Below, piece by piece: positions 1 through 11,613 of a stretch of DNA of 52,821 nucleotides (positions are counted from its first letter, which is position 1; every line of letters starts with the position of its first letter). The stretch is from Mesotaenium endlicherianum (lineage: Eukaryota): assembly GCA_009602735.1 (NCBI GenBank), contig WELA01001240.1, positions 25,005-77,825 of the forward strand, given 5' to 3'. The position numbers and the translations under genes are program-made. The notes under the pieces are model-generated. The model was given only the letters and a program-made list of their open reading frames with translations, made no database searches and was not told the origin of the DNA.

Positions 1-247
1 GAGAGAGATCTGAATCCAAGGCGAGAAGCCATTGATACGCACTGTCTTCTAACCTTGCTTATGTATGAGTTTACTGATTTGCATTATTGATGTTAGTTTA
101 CTCTCATTTGACTGACGAATAGTATTCCCTGCTAGTGTATTGTCCTTTGCCGTTTAACGAGTTAACGGAAATACCATAAAGATTACTTGCTGATATAAAG
201 ATCTTTATTAATTGTTAATCGCCTATTTGGTAAGTCGATTCATTTCA
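1..247 (+). mobile_element. 3' part of a family A Ty3/Gypsy LTR (truncated by window edge), inserted into an inverted LTR of the same family
   Basis: Closely matches 2739-2985 and ends in the family terminus ...gtcgattcatttCA at 247. The next base resumes an opposite-strand copy of the same LTR. Confidence 0.9.
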
Positions 248-419
248 CTGACCTAGTAGACTTCAGCCTGCTGCTCCCGGCTAAGTTATTAAACTGGTAG
301 TTATATAAAGTCCAGTAGGCTCAATACTAACTAAGTTCAGCAGGTTGAACTTATTTAACTATTATATTTAAATGAATAGTATACCTACCAATATAGATTC
401 ATTACAATCCCTCCAACTT
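248..419 (-). mobile_element. 5' part of a minus-strand family A 3' LTR (248-406) with its polypurine tract (407-419)
   Basis: Reverse complement reads aagttggagggat|TGtaatgaatctatattgg..., the same PPT/LTR junction as at 21802-21825 and 27176-27200. Confidence 0.85.
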
Positions 420-707
420 AACACTAGATGGCCCGAAGCATCTAATATGATGCAACGCACAGATTCTGATGCATTTACTTGCTCCCCTTGCAACCTCTGT
501 ATATTTCTTAATACTTATTTGTTCTTATCAAAATTAGTCTTAGACAACGGGCTATATCGCCAAGTGTCCACAATTAAATCTATAGGTAAAAGCGACAAAA
601 CGCGTACAAGTTATTCGCATTACCGTACGGTGCTAATTTCGGTTTCGATGAAGAAAATGAACCGAAAAGAAGGCTAACAGACTTCTTCTTCGCGAGCTTC
701 GTCCGCC

Positions 708-3700
708 ATGGATGCCTCTGAATGTTCGTTAGACGCACTTTTAGACGCTAAAATTTTGGTTCTCGCTGCTCACTTCGGTTCTGCGTGGGCGAAAGAGAAG
801 TTTGATGCTTATTGGGATGAGTTGTTGATAGAAGGAGTGGTGAAGAAGCGGGTGGTGGGGAAAAAGAAGGAGGGTTGTGTGTACGAGGTGTATTTTGTCT
901 ATGATAAGAGTAAGCAGAGATTTTTAGAGTTTTTCGTGAGAGAACACCTTCGCAAAGAGTCTAAGACACTCCATGATTTTTGTGAGGGTGTGTACTCGCG
1001 GAAAGATGAGGAGGAAGAACCGGAAAAAGAAGTTCTGCAGGAAGATGACCGTAGGTCATCTTTCCAAGTGTCTGAGACCCCTTTGGTGCCTCAAGAACTA
1101 GATATAGGGCAGCAAGGTTCTCAACCTAGCATAGATGGTAGCCAGCTCTCATTTGACAGAAGGAAGAGGGGTCAGCCTGTGGGGTCAAACAAGATAGCAG
1201 CTCCTTCCATTAGGAGTAAGTTCATGTTTCAAGGGCCCTCTCTCACAACAAAAAAAGGAAAAGAGCCCATGATAGAATCTGATTCCAACCCTGAGAGCAA
1301 CAACAGCAGTTATGGGGAAGACAGGTTGTCTTCCGAGGAGGAAGAGGAGGTGCCTCTTGCTCCTACCATGCTAGAGGAGGAGGAGGAGGAGGAGGAGTAG
1401 GAAGAAATTTGGGATTGGAAGGAGCCTGCCCGCGGAGACTCCTGCCAGGCGGACTTGCTGCAGCCTAGCACTACACATCACCATGGCTTGCAGGGCATTC
1501 CAGACAGGAGGTTCAGAAGCTTGAGCCCCTTTGGGATCTTTTGTTTGTTCATGCCTATTGCATTCTTTCAGCAGTTGGTATTGGAGACAAACAATTATGC
1601 ATCACTACATCCTGTCAGAGGTTGGATTCCTGTCACATGCACAGAGATGGTTGTTTTCCATGGGCTATGAATGGCTATGGGCTTGCATGGACTACCGAGA
1701 CTGAGGAGTTACCGGCAGAAGATTGTGAAAGGGCCTATTACACTTCTTAGCTTTGGCAGATTCATGAGTAGGAATAGGTTCAAAGAGATTAGAAGATTCT
1801 TTCATCTCAAAGATAATAGACAGAGAACATGCTTTCCTCCAGACTCTAGAGAATACAAGCTATGGCAGCTCCAACCCTTCACAAACTTGTGCATAGAAAC
1901 CTTCAGCAAGTACTACAGCCCTGGTGCAACCCTCACAGTAGATGAAAGAACCATTCCTATCCGCAACAAAAAGTGTCCCATTAGAGTGTACAACTCCTCC
2001 AAACCATACAAGTATGGCATAGAAGTATTTACTATTTGTGATGCAATTACTTACTTTTGCTATGCCTTTATCATCTATGATAGGGTGAAGAAAGATGGAG
2101 CTAAAACTGATATTGTGTTAGACCTTGTAGCTATGCTTCCTGTTGGTAGGTTGTTTACACTCATCCTTGATAAAGGTTTTAGCTCACCTCACCTCTTCTC
2201 AAAGCTAGCACAACTAGGACATGGAGCCACTGGCACAGTTGTGTCCACGAGGAAGAATTATCCTAAGGCTATTGTAATGAATCAGTATATTGGTTGATAT
2301 AATATTCATTCAAATATAACAGTTAAATAAGTTCAGCCTGCTGAACTTTAGTTAATAATCAGTCTGCTGGACTTTATACTTAATATCAGTTTAATCACTC
2401 AGCCGCAGGCTGAAGTCAACTTAAGTCAGCTTGCTGACTCATTCTTTGACAGCCAGCTGACTTCCGTACTCGGTAGCAGCGAACTGCCTCAATATGCATC
2501 TAAGTGTGGTATGCTAGATGAATGGCCAGATGACATCCCTATGATGGATGGCGATTCGGGATGATGGGAGATGGCGGTGGATTTGGTTAACCGAGGTCCT
2601 ACCAACGTGGTTAACTCCCGAGTAGGCGGTGCCATCGCACTGACCGTTGAACAGTAAACTCATTCCATGTACATATGCTAGGCATTGCTCTCGAGTTCGG
2701 CATTCGGAAACGAAGCCAACTCTCTTGTACAGCTTACTGAGAGAGATCTGAATCCAAGGCGAGAAACCATTGATACGCACTGTCTTCTAACCTTGCTTAT
2801 GTATGAGTTTACTGAGTGCATTATTGATGCTAGTTTACTTGCATTTGATTTACGAGTGTTGTTCACTGCTAGTGTGTTGTCCTTTTGCCGTTTAAGCAGT
2901 TAACGGAAAATCCATAAAGATTACTTGCTGATATAAAGATCTTTATTAATTCTTAATTGCTTATTTGGTAAGTCGATTCATTTCAGCTATGTTGTATATG
3001 AAGCCTGATAGCCAGCCTAAAGGTGCTTGTCTGGCAGCTTACAATGAACACCCCCCTATGGTAGCAGCTGTTTGGAATGACAAAGCTCCTTGTGCATTTC
3101 TATCTACAGCCAAAGGGCTAGCTCCCCAAACACAAACAAGGCGTAACGAAAACCAGAAACTTGTCCTTCCAGCTCCTGAGTTAGTTGAGCACTACAACTT
3201 GTATAAAGATGCTGTAGATCAATATGATGCATACTGTTTGAAGAGGGGCTACAGTGCTGAGAGAGTTCTAGTCAACAGGAAGTGGTGGCACAGGGCATAT
3301 TTGGGTCTCTTTGATGGCCTTCTAGCTAATGTGTTTATCATGCACAAGATGGTGAATCCTACCGCGGACAGGTGGGACACTTACTTAGACATCATGGATG
3401 AGATGTGTTCTTTCCAGCACCCTAATGAAGCAGGTTCGAGTGGAGTGTCAACAAGGGTTGTGGCAGCTCAGCCTGCAGGAGAAGGAAGGTTCAGTGGCAA
3501 GCACTTTCTAGCGGAGGTAGAGAAAAGATACTATTGCGTCGTGTGCGTTGCCGGTACTTTTGGACATCGTGCTAATAGAAAGAGAGCTAAGTATAGTGAC
3601 TACAAGTGCTTGCAGTGCAATGTCTATTTGTGTGCTGCCCCTTGCTTTCAGATCTACCATACAACCAGAGAGATTCCCCATCTTGATCTTGGACCAAAGA

Positions 3701-3717
3701 GAAAGAAGAGGAAATAG
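708..3717 (+). pseudogene. piggyBac (DDE_Tnp_1_7/PGBD-type) transposase, ~763 codons when repaired; two in-frame stops and a solo-LTR insertion
   Basis: ORFs 708-1400, 1455-1670 and 1671-2297 share one frame. Removing the LTR (2273-2985) plus one TSD joins NYPKA|MLYMKP in frame. Motifs LTVDERTIP, LILDKGFS and YKDAVDQYD give the DDD triad; also KPYKYG, RKWW, a C-terminal Cys-rich domain CVVC...CLQCNVYLCAAPCFQIYH and a basic PKRKKRK tail. Confidence 0.92.
2273..2985 (+). mobile_element. Solo LTR of family A (713 bp) inside the piggyBac transposase
   Basis: TG...CA ends with inverted termini tgtaatgaatc/gattcatttca. Perfect 5-bp TSD GCTAT at 2268-2272 and 2986-2990. Homologous to 21815-22531 and 27616-28311. 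Confidence 0.95.
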
Positions 3718-4272
3718 AGACATTTGGGCGTGATAACGACGATAATTGTACATTCTTTTATAAGGTATAATTAATGTGTGCTATTGCTATAAAACTTCTG
3801 AGGGCATGAGACTCATGTGCTGATGTAACTGTATTTTATTATATTTTTAGTTTTTCCAAAAATAAGAATATTGCAAATTTTGCCCCTGAAGAGTGAATGT
3901 TTGACTTATTCAATTCATTTTTTATAATTAAAATAACAAAAAAAAAATCAAAAAGCTGTCAAAGTACTTATGTGGTGTGCATAATTTGAAGTTAGCATGA
4001 TCTCTGTGCACTTCAGAAAGTGCTGCTCTGGAGTCTCTTTGGTCATCTCCTCCAGCCGTTCCCGAGAAAAAGAGTATCTCACTGACCTCCCCCTTTTGGG
4101 TGCAGGTGGGGGTTCCTGGGACCTGACAGCATACAGGTCTTTCTCCCCTTGCTTACTCGCCCATTTTACATAAGCATGCTTCCCCTTCAAGATAAAATCT
4201 CTAGCTCTCGTCCTATCCTCTTGTGTCTCCTCACTCATGCAATCCCTGACTCCATCCAGCTTTGGGTCCCAT

Positions 4273-4775
4273 TGTAGTGATTTGAGTTATTATATATTAG
4301 TATGCATATAATTTAATGTTTTCAAATATATTTGGAGTGGTATTGTGTGGAGTCAAGTGTGAATAGGTACTCTAGTAACTTGGTTCATGTCCTTTGTACC
4401 TTCCAAGGCATTTTCGAAGTTAGAGGAAAGACCTAGAAGAACTCCATGTGGCAAAAGTCAGATGTGCCATTTTTAGGTCAAAAGGACATGTGTACATTAT
4501 TCTAGAAAGAGGTGGCAAGTTTTGGGATGTGTTGGGTGCCAACACATCAACATACACCTTCCTAGAAATTACTTATGTAGCAAGTATATAAACAAGAGCT
4601 AGAACATAGAAAGACATTCCAGAATCACTCTTGTACTTGCCAAAATCCAGAAATATATTAACTTTCAAGAAGCCATCTCTCTTTCAAGAAGCTACCACTT
4701 GTGTTCAAAGATCCTTGTCTTGAATAGATAAAGTATTCTGTTTTACTAAGTACTTTATCTATCTGTTTCACTACA
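4273..4775 (+). repeat. 5' LTR (503 bp)
   Basis: tgtagtga...tcactaca inverted termini. About 8 substitutions versus the 3' LTR by eye. Confidence 0.96.
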
Positions 4776-4776
4776 G

Positions 4777-4788
4777 TGGTATCGGAGC
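4777..4788 (+). promoter_or_regulatory. Primer-binding site, tRNA-iMet type
   Basis: TGGTATCGGAGC lies one base after the 5' LTR. The canonical iMet PBS is TGGTATCAGAGC. Confidence 0.9.
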
Positions 4789-4812
4789 TAGGCACTTTGG
4801 TAGCACAAGAAG

Positions 4813-6093
4813 ATGGCCGATCCTCAAGACCAACAGCAAGCTTTCGAAGGAAGCCCTTCCTCTCCAAGACACCCTCCTCCAGCGCCGATGGGAGAGCCCA
4901 CTCAAGAAAATCTGCAACAACAAGAAGCACCACAAGGAGGAGCACACCCTCCTCCAGCGTCGATGGGAGAGCCTACTCAAGGAAATCTCCAACAACAAGA
5001 AGCACCACAAGGAGGAGCACCGTCAAATCCCGTGGCAGCCGCTATAGCAAAGTTGACCCCACCACAAGGAGTTCCCGCAAATGAGTGGGCAGCCTTCCTA
5101 ATGACCGTCCACAACCAAGTGGGCTTGGCCACCTATGAAGCAACCGTGCAAGCGTCAAGAGAAGCTATGGCTGCCATGGTTGCCCCTATTGCGAGCAATG
5201 CTCAAAATCCAGCCCCGGCTCAAGCGCCTCCACAAGAGCCAACGAGAGCAAGGAAACTCATCAAGCCCGGCAAACCCGACACTTTCAACCCCGGGAAAGG
5301 TGCCAACCTGAATTTATGGCTCTACCAAGTGGAGACGTACCTCGCATTCCTTGAAGTACCCGAGGAGGACTACGTTCCCTTTGCCGTTACCTTACTTAGA
5401 GGAGCAGCAACATCATGGTGGCGTAACTATCAAGCGGCTATATATCAAGCTATGGCGCACCCCATGCTCGGCCAAGAGCCCCCACCATCATATGCAAGAT
5501 GGGCAGATTTTCGTGAGGCCCTCAAGAAGCAATTCATGCCCATCAATGCGGAGAAGATTGCCCGAGGAAAGCTCCACCATCTCAAGCAAACGACGTCCGT
5601 TCAAGAGTATACATCCAGATTTCACGCCCTCACTCTTGAGATCCCCAACATGTCTCTCGAGGAGAAGATTGACCGCTACATCTTTGGCCTCAAACCCAAG
5701 GTGGCAAAGGAAGTGGAGTTACGCGACTTGACGGACTTCTCAAAGATCATTGAAGTGGCCCAAAAGGTGGATACCTTGGATTTCAAGCACTCCGTGCCTT
5801 CATCTTCACGGGTACCGACGACGCGGGTGTACGCAGCCCCTTCCACATCCGAATCTGGACCCACACCCATGGAAATCGGAGTTATTAAAAGGGACCCCGC
5901 GGCTGCCCGGAAGAGTGGAAGACCCTCCAATGACACTTATGATGCAAGAAACCAGCAAGGAGTGAAAGCAAGACTCTCCCCGGCTGAAAAAGAAGCTCTC
6001 ATGACGGCTGGACTATGCTTTTATTGCAAGGAAAAGGGCCATCGTGCACTTTCATGCCCCAAAAAGTTGTCAAAAAACGGACAGCGCCGGTAG
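4813..6093 (+). CDS. gag: Gag polyprotein, 426 aa
   Basis: Retrotransposon gag motifs ([32 protein letters not shown]), PTPMEIG and the CCHC zinc knuckle [14 protein letters not shown]. Confidence 0.95.
   Translation: MADPQDQQQAFEGSPSSPRHPPPAPMGEPTQENLQQQEAPQGGAHPPPASMGEPTQGNLQQQEAPQGGAPSNPVAAAIAKLTPPQGVPANEWAAFLMTVHNQVGLATYEATVQASREAMAAMVAPIASNAQNPAPAQAPPQEPTRARKLIKPGKPDTFNPGKGANLNLWLYQVETYLAFLEVPEEDYVPFAVTLLRGAATSWWRNYQAAIYQAMAHPMLGQEPPPSYARWADFREALKKQFMPINAEKIARGKLHHLKQTTSVQEYTSRFHALTLEIPNMSLEEKIDRYIFGLKPKVAKEVELRDLTDFSKIIEVAQKVDTLDFKHSVPSSSRVPTTRVYAAPSTSESGPTPMEIGVIKRDPAAARKSGRPSNDTYDARNQQGVKARLSPAEKEALMTAGLCFYCKEKGHRALSCPKKLSKNGQRR
4871..5021 (+). repeat. 75-bp tandem duplication in the gag N-terminus
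   Basis: [25 protein letters not shown] followed by [25 protein letters not shown]. Confidence 0.9.
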
Positions 6094-9000
6094 GCCAGGA
6101 GCCTACCACCCCAAGACCCACTTCACGAGAAGGCAACACGCCAAGTGAGGTGGAGACCCCCGTTGAAGACGACGTTCCAGCCCCAATGAGTTTGAGAGGT
6201 TACCTTGGAGGAGAGAAGGTCCACATCTTGGTGGATAGCGGAGCTCAAGGCAACTTCATTGCTGCAGATTTTGCCACCAAGCACGGTATTACTATGCGAA
6301 CTCTTGACCACGACGAGGAGATTATGATGCCCGATGGATTCTCCTATACTACCCCTTCCAAGAAGACGTACCCCTTGGCACTCTCTATCAAGTCCTTCAA
6401 GGATAGAGTAGTGTTCTCCCCCATGCAATTGGGCAAGTACGACGTCATCCTAGGGACGCCTTGGTTGACCAAGCACAACCCCCAAGTTGATTGGAGGACC
6501 GGTACTATCAAGATCAAGAATGACATCACTTCAAGAATCTGTATTTTGCGCGCAATCCAGAATATCCAGACCCAAGACATCCAGAAGCCGGCACACGAGA
6601 TACTATTGTCCGCCCTCCAACTCAAGAGACTTGTGAGGAAGGGACACGAGCTTCTTTTGGCCTTGATCACGCCAAAAGACATCAAGAAAGACATCGAGAG
6701 TCAAGAAGGCAGCCCCGTTCCCAAGGAGATACAAGAAGTCTTAGAGGACTACAAAGAAGTGTTCTCCCCGGAATTGCCCAAGGGCCTACCCCCCAAAAGA
6801 TTCGTAGACCACAAGATAGAGTTGGAGCCCGGAAGCAAGCCCATCTCTCGGCCTACGTTCAAAATGTCATACACGGAGCTAGACGAAGTCAAGAAGCAAA
6901 TCAAGGAGCTACTGGAGCATGGCTTCATTCGACCTAGCAAGTCGCCATTTGGAGCCCCGGTGCTATTTGTCAAGAAGAAAGATGGTACCTTGAGGATGTG
7001 TGTGGACTATCGCGCCCTCAACAAGATCACCATCAAGAATCGATACCCGCTGCCGCGCATGGATGAGCTCATGGACCGGCTGGTTGGAGCCAAGTACTTC
7101 ACGAAGATTGACTTACGGAGCGGCTACCACCAGATTCGCATCGCAGAACCGGACATAGAGAAGACGGCATTCAGGACAAGATATGGACATTTTGAGTTCA
7201 TGGTCCTGCCATTTGGACTCACCAACGCGCCAGCAACTTTCATGACTATGATGAACACCATATTTCAGCCCATGTTGGACAGATTTGTGGTGGTATTCAT
7301 CGATGACATCCTTATCTACAGCAAGACCCTTGAAGAGCATGCGAGACACTTGAAAGAAGTCCTTGAAGTATTGAAGCAAAACAAGCTGTTTGCGAAGGAG
7401 TCAAAATGCGAGTTTGCCAAACAAGAAGTGGAGTTCCTAGGTCTCCACGTGACTGCTGATGGCATCAAGATAGACCCCAAGAAGACCACGGTGGTGGAGG
7501 AATGGCCAACCCCCACGACCAAGAAAGAACTCCAGTCATTCTTGGGATTTGCCAATTGGTACAGAAAATTCATCCAAGGCTTCTCGCACATAGCAGCCCC
7601 CCTGACAGATCTACTCAAGAAGGACAGGCTATATACATGGACCGAGAAAGAGGAAGAGGCATTTCAAGAGTTAAAGCGAAGATTGACCACATCCCCGGTG
7701 CTCACACTCCCAAGTCCAAACCCAGATTGGCCCTTCCACGTCATCACCGATGCATCTTCCTATGCAATAGGAGCAATCCTGCTTCAAGACCAAGGCAAGG
7801 GACTGCAGCCCATCGCCTACGAGTCAAGGAAGCTAAATCCAGCCGAGCAAAATTATACAACCACGGAGCGAGAGGCATTGGCGATTGTACATGCCTTGAA
7901 GGTTTGGCGCTGCTACGTTGAAGGACGCAAAGTACTGGTCACCACGGACCACGAGGCGTTAAAGCACCTCCAAACGCAGCCGTATCTCTCAAGGAGACAA
8001 GCAAGATGGAGCGGATACTTGCAACAATACAACATCACGATTCAGTACCAGCCCGGCAAGACAAACCCGGCTGACCCCCTCTCAAGACTGCAATTAAATG
8101 CAGTGATGGTATCCCTGAAGACAGATCTGGAAGCTCGATTTTCAGCCGCCTATGAAAGAGACCCTTACTACAAGAACGGAGAAGCAGCCTTGGACCCATG
8201 CAAGAAGCAAGAAGGCAATTATTGGGTGAGGCAAGATACGGGCCAGAGATGTGTTCCTAATGACTTAGACCTCCGGCTCTTGCTTCTACGAGAAGCACAC
8301 GACAACCCTCTTGGAGGACACTTTGGAATCCTAAGGACCACGGGCGTTCTAGCTAGGACTTATTGTTGGCCAGGCATGTCTAAGCAAGTCAAGGAGTACT
8401 GCAGGAGCTGTGACACATGCCAAAGAATCAAGCCATCATCGCAAAAGGCGGGAGGACTCCTCCAACCACTACCAATCCCCGAAAGACAATGGACGGACAT
8501 CTCAATGGACCTTATCGTGGACTTGCCCGTGACACCTCGAGGCCATAATGCAATACTCACGGCGGTGGACAGACTTACCAAGATGGCTCATTTTATTCCC
8601 ACGACGACTAAGGCTACAGCACCACAACTTGCAAGACTCATCTTTGACAACATCTTCCGACTCCATGGACTACCATCAAGAATTGTGTCAGATAGAGATC
8701 CAAGATTCACAAGCCATTTCTGGAAAAATCTCTTCAAGAACTTGGGTACATCGCTGGATATGTCTACTGCCTACCACCCACAATCAGATGGGCAAACCGA
8801 GCGTATGAATCGTACCCTAAAGACCTCTCTAAAGGCCTACGTGTCTACCCTCGAGCAAGACTGGGACATGTACTTGACCCCCCTCGAGTTTGCCTACAAC
8901 AACACTACGCAGGCCTCTACCCAAGAGTCCCCATTCTTCCTCAACTATGGCTTCCATCCGACCACGCCACTGAGCTTCACGGCTGGCCATGATGAAGTAC

Positions 9001-9680
9001 CTGCAGCCACAGATTTTATGGAGACATTAGAAGCAGCCCTTACAGCAGCGAAGAAAGCTCTACAACACGCGCAAGATGCTCAAGCAAGAGTGGCGAACAG
9101 ATCCAGAAGAGAAATTACGTACAGAGTGGGTGACAACGTGTTACTATCATCCAAGAACATTTCCCTGAACAACAGGCCTGCCGGCAGCAAGTTCTCTCCC
9201 AAGTATTTGGGACCCTTCAAGATTATCCAGCAAGTCAACCCCGTTGCTTTCAAGCTAGAACTTCCCCAGACTATGCACATCGACCCCGTATTCCACGCTT
9301 CCCTCTTCAAGCCATATGTGCAACCCGACAACAAGTTCCCAGGACGTGTGACAACCCCACCAGCCCCAACAATAGTGGATGATCATTTGGAGTACGAAGT
9401 GGAAGACATAGTGGCTATGAGAAATTTCAGGAGACAGCAGCAATACTTGATCAAGTGGAAAGGATATCCAGATTCGGAGAATAGTTGGGTGGCGGCGCAC
9501 TACCTTGACAAAGTTCAGAGAAAGTTGAAGCGCTTCCATGCCGCCAACCCCCATCTTGGACCAGCCCCAAGTCTCTCTACTAGAAGCCCGAAGACTTCAG
9601 GGAGGCAGCCTGCCACCATCAAGAAGCAGCAGAAGACCCCTTGGAGGCAGCCTGCAAGAACAAGAAAGAGGAAAAATTGA
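6015..9680 (+). CDS. pol: Pol polyprotein PR-RT-RNase H-integrase-chromodomain, probably entered by -1 frameshift near 6078
   Basis: LVDSGA protease; YRALN and [17 protein letters not shown] RNase H; H..H/CRSC zinc finger, SMDL, SDRD and GQTER integrase; GPF motif; YEVEDI...[15 protein letters not shown] chromodomain. Confidence 0.97.
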   Translation: MLLLQGKGPSCTFMPQKVVKKRTAPVGQEPTTPRPTSREGNTPSEVETPVEDDVPAPMSLRGYLGGEKVHILVDSGAQGNFIAADFATKHGITMRTLDHDEEIMMPDGFSYTTPSKKTYPLALSIKSFKDRVVFSPMQLGKYDVILGTPWLTKHNPQVDWRTGTIKIKNDITSRICILRAIQNIQTQDIQKPAHEILLSALQLKRLVRKGHELLLALITPKDIKKDIESQEGSPVPKEIQEVLEDYKEVFSPELPKGLPPKRFVDHKIELEPGSKPISRPTFKMSYTELDEVKKQIKELLEHGFIRPSKSPFGAPVLFVKKKDGTLRMCVDYRALNKITIKNRYPLPRMDELMDRLVGAKYFTKIDLRSGYHQIRIAEPDIEKTAFRTRYGHFEFMVLPFGLTNAPATFMTMMNTIFQPMLDRFVVVFIDDILIYSKTLEEHARHLKEVLEVLKQNKLFAKESKCEFAKQEVEFLGLHVTADGIKIDPKKTTVVEEWPTPTTKKELQSFLGFANWYRKFIQGFSHIAAPLTDLLKKDRLYTWTEKEEEAFQELKRRLTTSPVLTLPSPNPDWPFHVITDASSYAIGAILLQDQGKGLQPIAYESRKLNPAEQNYTTTEREALAIVHALKVWRCYVEGRKVLVTTDHEALKHLQTQPYLSRRQARWSGYLQQYNITIQYQPGKTNPADPLSRLQLNAVMVSLKTDLEARFSAAYERDPYYKNGEAALDPCKKQEGNYWVRQDTGQRCVPNDLDLRLLLLREAHDNPLGGHFGILRTTGVLARTYCWPGMSKQVKEYCRSCDTCQRIKPSSQKAGGLLQPLPIPERQWTDISMDLIVDLPVTPRGHNAILTAVDRLTKMAHFIPTTTKATAPQLARLIFDNIFRLHGLPSRIVSDRDPRFTSHFWKNLFKNLGTSLDMSTAYHPQSDGQTERMNRTLKTSLKAYVSTLEQDWDMYLTPLEFAYNNTTQASTQESPFFLNYGFHPTTPLSFTAGHDEVPAATDFMETLEAALTAAKKALQHAQDAQARVANRSRREITYRVGDNVLLSSKNISLNNRPAGSKFSPKYLGPFKIIQQVNPVAFKLELPQTMHIDPVFHASLFKPYVQPDNKFPGRVTTPPAPTIVDDHLEYEVEDIVAMRNFRRQQQYLIKWKGYPDSENSWVAAHYLDKVQRKLKRFHAANPHLGPAPSLSTRSPKTSGRQPATIKKQQKTPWRQPARTRKRKN
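6072..6107 (+). promoter_or_regulatory. Putative -1 programmed ribosomal frameshift signal
   Basis: A_AAA_AAC heptamer in the gag frame (6072-6078) and a downstream hairpin ggtaggc-cagga-gcctacc (6089-6107). pol lies in the -1 frame. Confidence 0.8.
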
Positions 9681-10439
9681 CATTAGACACTCTTCTCTTC
9701 TCGCAGTTTCTGGACAGAAAACTAAAACTGCTACTGGTAATAGGTCTCTGCATAATAAATTCTGAAAATTTACCTGGCTGTAGTCCATGAGTAGCCGGTC
9801 ATTTAGAGTCCAAGTTTGCTCAATTTGGAGCACTGGTGAGAGAGATATGATGCTCTAAGTAGAAGGGGGTCAGGCTGCTGGCATTGTTAGGGCAGAATAT
9901 GCCTTCTGACATTGTGCCCTCCCCTGAACTTGGAATGCTCTGAAACTCAAGACTCTGGTAGAACATCTTACAGCGCCCAGTTTGAGACTTAGTTTGCAGA
10001 ATTTGGAGAAGTATAGAAGGACTTATGATTTTCAGAAGTTTCTGCACAGATTTGGAGGAGTGCCTACTCTCTCAGCTCTCAACGACACTCCAGAAATGAG
10101 AATGCTCTCAAATTTGGTGACCCGGTAGAGTTCTCCGACGCGGTCCGTCTGGCACTCGAATTTTCAGATTTGGAGCAGTTCTGTGGCCGCTATGAATTTT
10201 TGAGTTCGTGGCAGATTCTGGGCCAACTTGTACAATTTTCTTTATCATTAAGGAGTAGGCTAGCCAATAAGGTCACACCACCTACGACCTTGCCTAGTCT
10301 ACCTTACATGTGTAGCACCTGACTTGGCGCCTTTGACTAGTCCTCTTCACATGTGTGGCATCTGACTTGAAACTGTTGACTAGTTTGCTCCACATGTGTA
10401 AGACCTGACTTGACGCGCCGAGACGTCGCTTTTTCTATC

Positions 10440-10449
10440 GGGGGGGTGA
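10440..10449 (+). promoter_or_regulatory. Polypurine tract
   Basis: gggggggtga directly before the 3' LTR. Confidence 0.85.
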
Positions 10450-10952
10450 TGTAGTGATTTGAGTTATTATATATTAGTTTGCATATATTTTAATGTTTTC
10501 AAATATATTTGGAGTAGTATTGTGTGGAGTCAAGTGTGAATAGGTACTCTAGTAACTTGGTTCATGTCCTTTGAACCTTCCAAGGCATTTTCGAAGTTAG
10601 AGGAAAGACCTAGAAGAACTCCATGTGGCAAAAGTCAAATGTGCCATTTTTAGGTCAAAAGGACATGTGTACATTATTCTAGAAAGAGGTGGCAAGTTTT
10701 GGGATGTGTTGGGTGCCAACACATCAACATACACCTTCCTAGAAATTACTTATGTAGCAAGTATATAAACAAGAGCTAGAACATAGAAAGACATTCGAGA
10801 ATCACTCTTGTACTTGCCAAAATCCAGAAATATATTAACTTTCAAGAAGCCATCTCTCTTTCAAGAAGCTACCACTAGTGTTCAAAGATCCTTGTCTTGA
10901 ATAGATAAAGTATTCTGTTTTACTAAGTACTTTCTCTATCTGTTTCACTACA
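10450..10952 (+). repeat. 3' LTR (503 bp)
   Basis: Direct repeat of 4273-4775, followed by TSD CCCAT. Confidence 0.96.
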
Positions 10953-11613
10953 CCCATGCTGCAATGTGAGGTGGCAGCACTATCTTACCCTGCAAATCTA
11001 TCAAGAAATTGTCTTCCTCAGCTCTGTCATTTTGCTGGTCCTTCATGGTGATAGTCATCCAGCGCCACTCAGTGGGCTGTAGAAAGAAAGCAGGATCCGT
11101 TCTCGTCAAAGTAGAGGGGTACCAGTGACCTGAGAAATCCAGCTGGCTGGTCTCTCTTGCCAAGATCTCTCAGCTTCTTCTCTTCACCTCGTTATACATG
11201 GCCTTGAACCGGTTGAGGGAAGCTGTCTGTATGCATAGGGATCAACCTGATGACCCTGTTTGTGCCCCAGATCCTAGGTATTGGCATTGTTTTAGATTCA
11301 CCTATCTGGGCCAATGCTTTGGCCTCCCGGATCGTATACTCCACCATCCCGGCATAGTCATGGTACAGTGAAAGCCCTGTGTGACTTCTATGTACTTGTC
11401 AAAACCCTGGTCTGTCTCCCCTTCAGATGCAGTATGTCCCTCTGTGATTCACTTCGGTTCCTCTGAGCGTACTTGAAGGCCTCCTTTAAAAGATCAAAGC
11501 CCTTGCCCATCACCGTGTAGCGGCAGCTTTTGATTCTCCACTGTCCTCCTCAGCCTGCTGCTTTTGCCTCTCCTCAGCCAACCTTTGTTCCTCCGCCTTC
11601 TTGGCTTCCTCTG

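Larger units (their letters stand above)
422..4020 (+). mobile_element. piggyBac-superfamily DNA transposon copy 1 (left end intact, right end apparently lost; right boundary approximate)
   Basis: TTAA at 418-421 is followed by CACTAG..., the same terminal hexamer as the complete copy at 16420. It contains a transposase gene. I found no matching right TIR; by ~4020 the sequence switches to family A extra-ORF sequence. Confidence 0.8.
4273..10952 (+). mobile_element. Apparently intact Ty3/Gypsy chromovirus LTR retrotransposon (6680 bp)
   Basis: Two 503-bp TG...CA LTRs, TSD CCCAT (4268-4272 and 10953-10957), PBS, PPT, and uninterrupted gag and pol ORFs. Confidence 0.97.
4021..11613 (-). pseudogene. 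Decayed family A extra ORF (segments 4021-4272 and 10953-11613), split by the intact chromovirus
   Basis: Across the insertion it reads PPHIAAW|DPKLDGVRDCMSEE...KHAYVKWASKQGEKDL, homologous to PPHIAPWDPRLNGFRGCMSDE...KHVYVKWAGKQGEKDL at 26184-26417. ARETSQ..HWYP..PTEWRWMT matches 25686-26168. Confidence 0.85.

Noticed and set aside
5351..9833. Many short alternative-frame and antisense ORFs over gag-pol
   Set aside because: Shadow ORFs of the real coding frame with no motifs.
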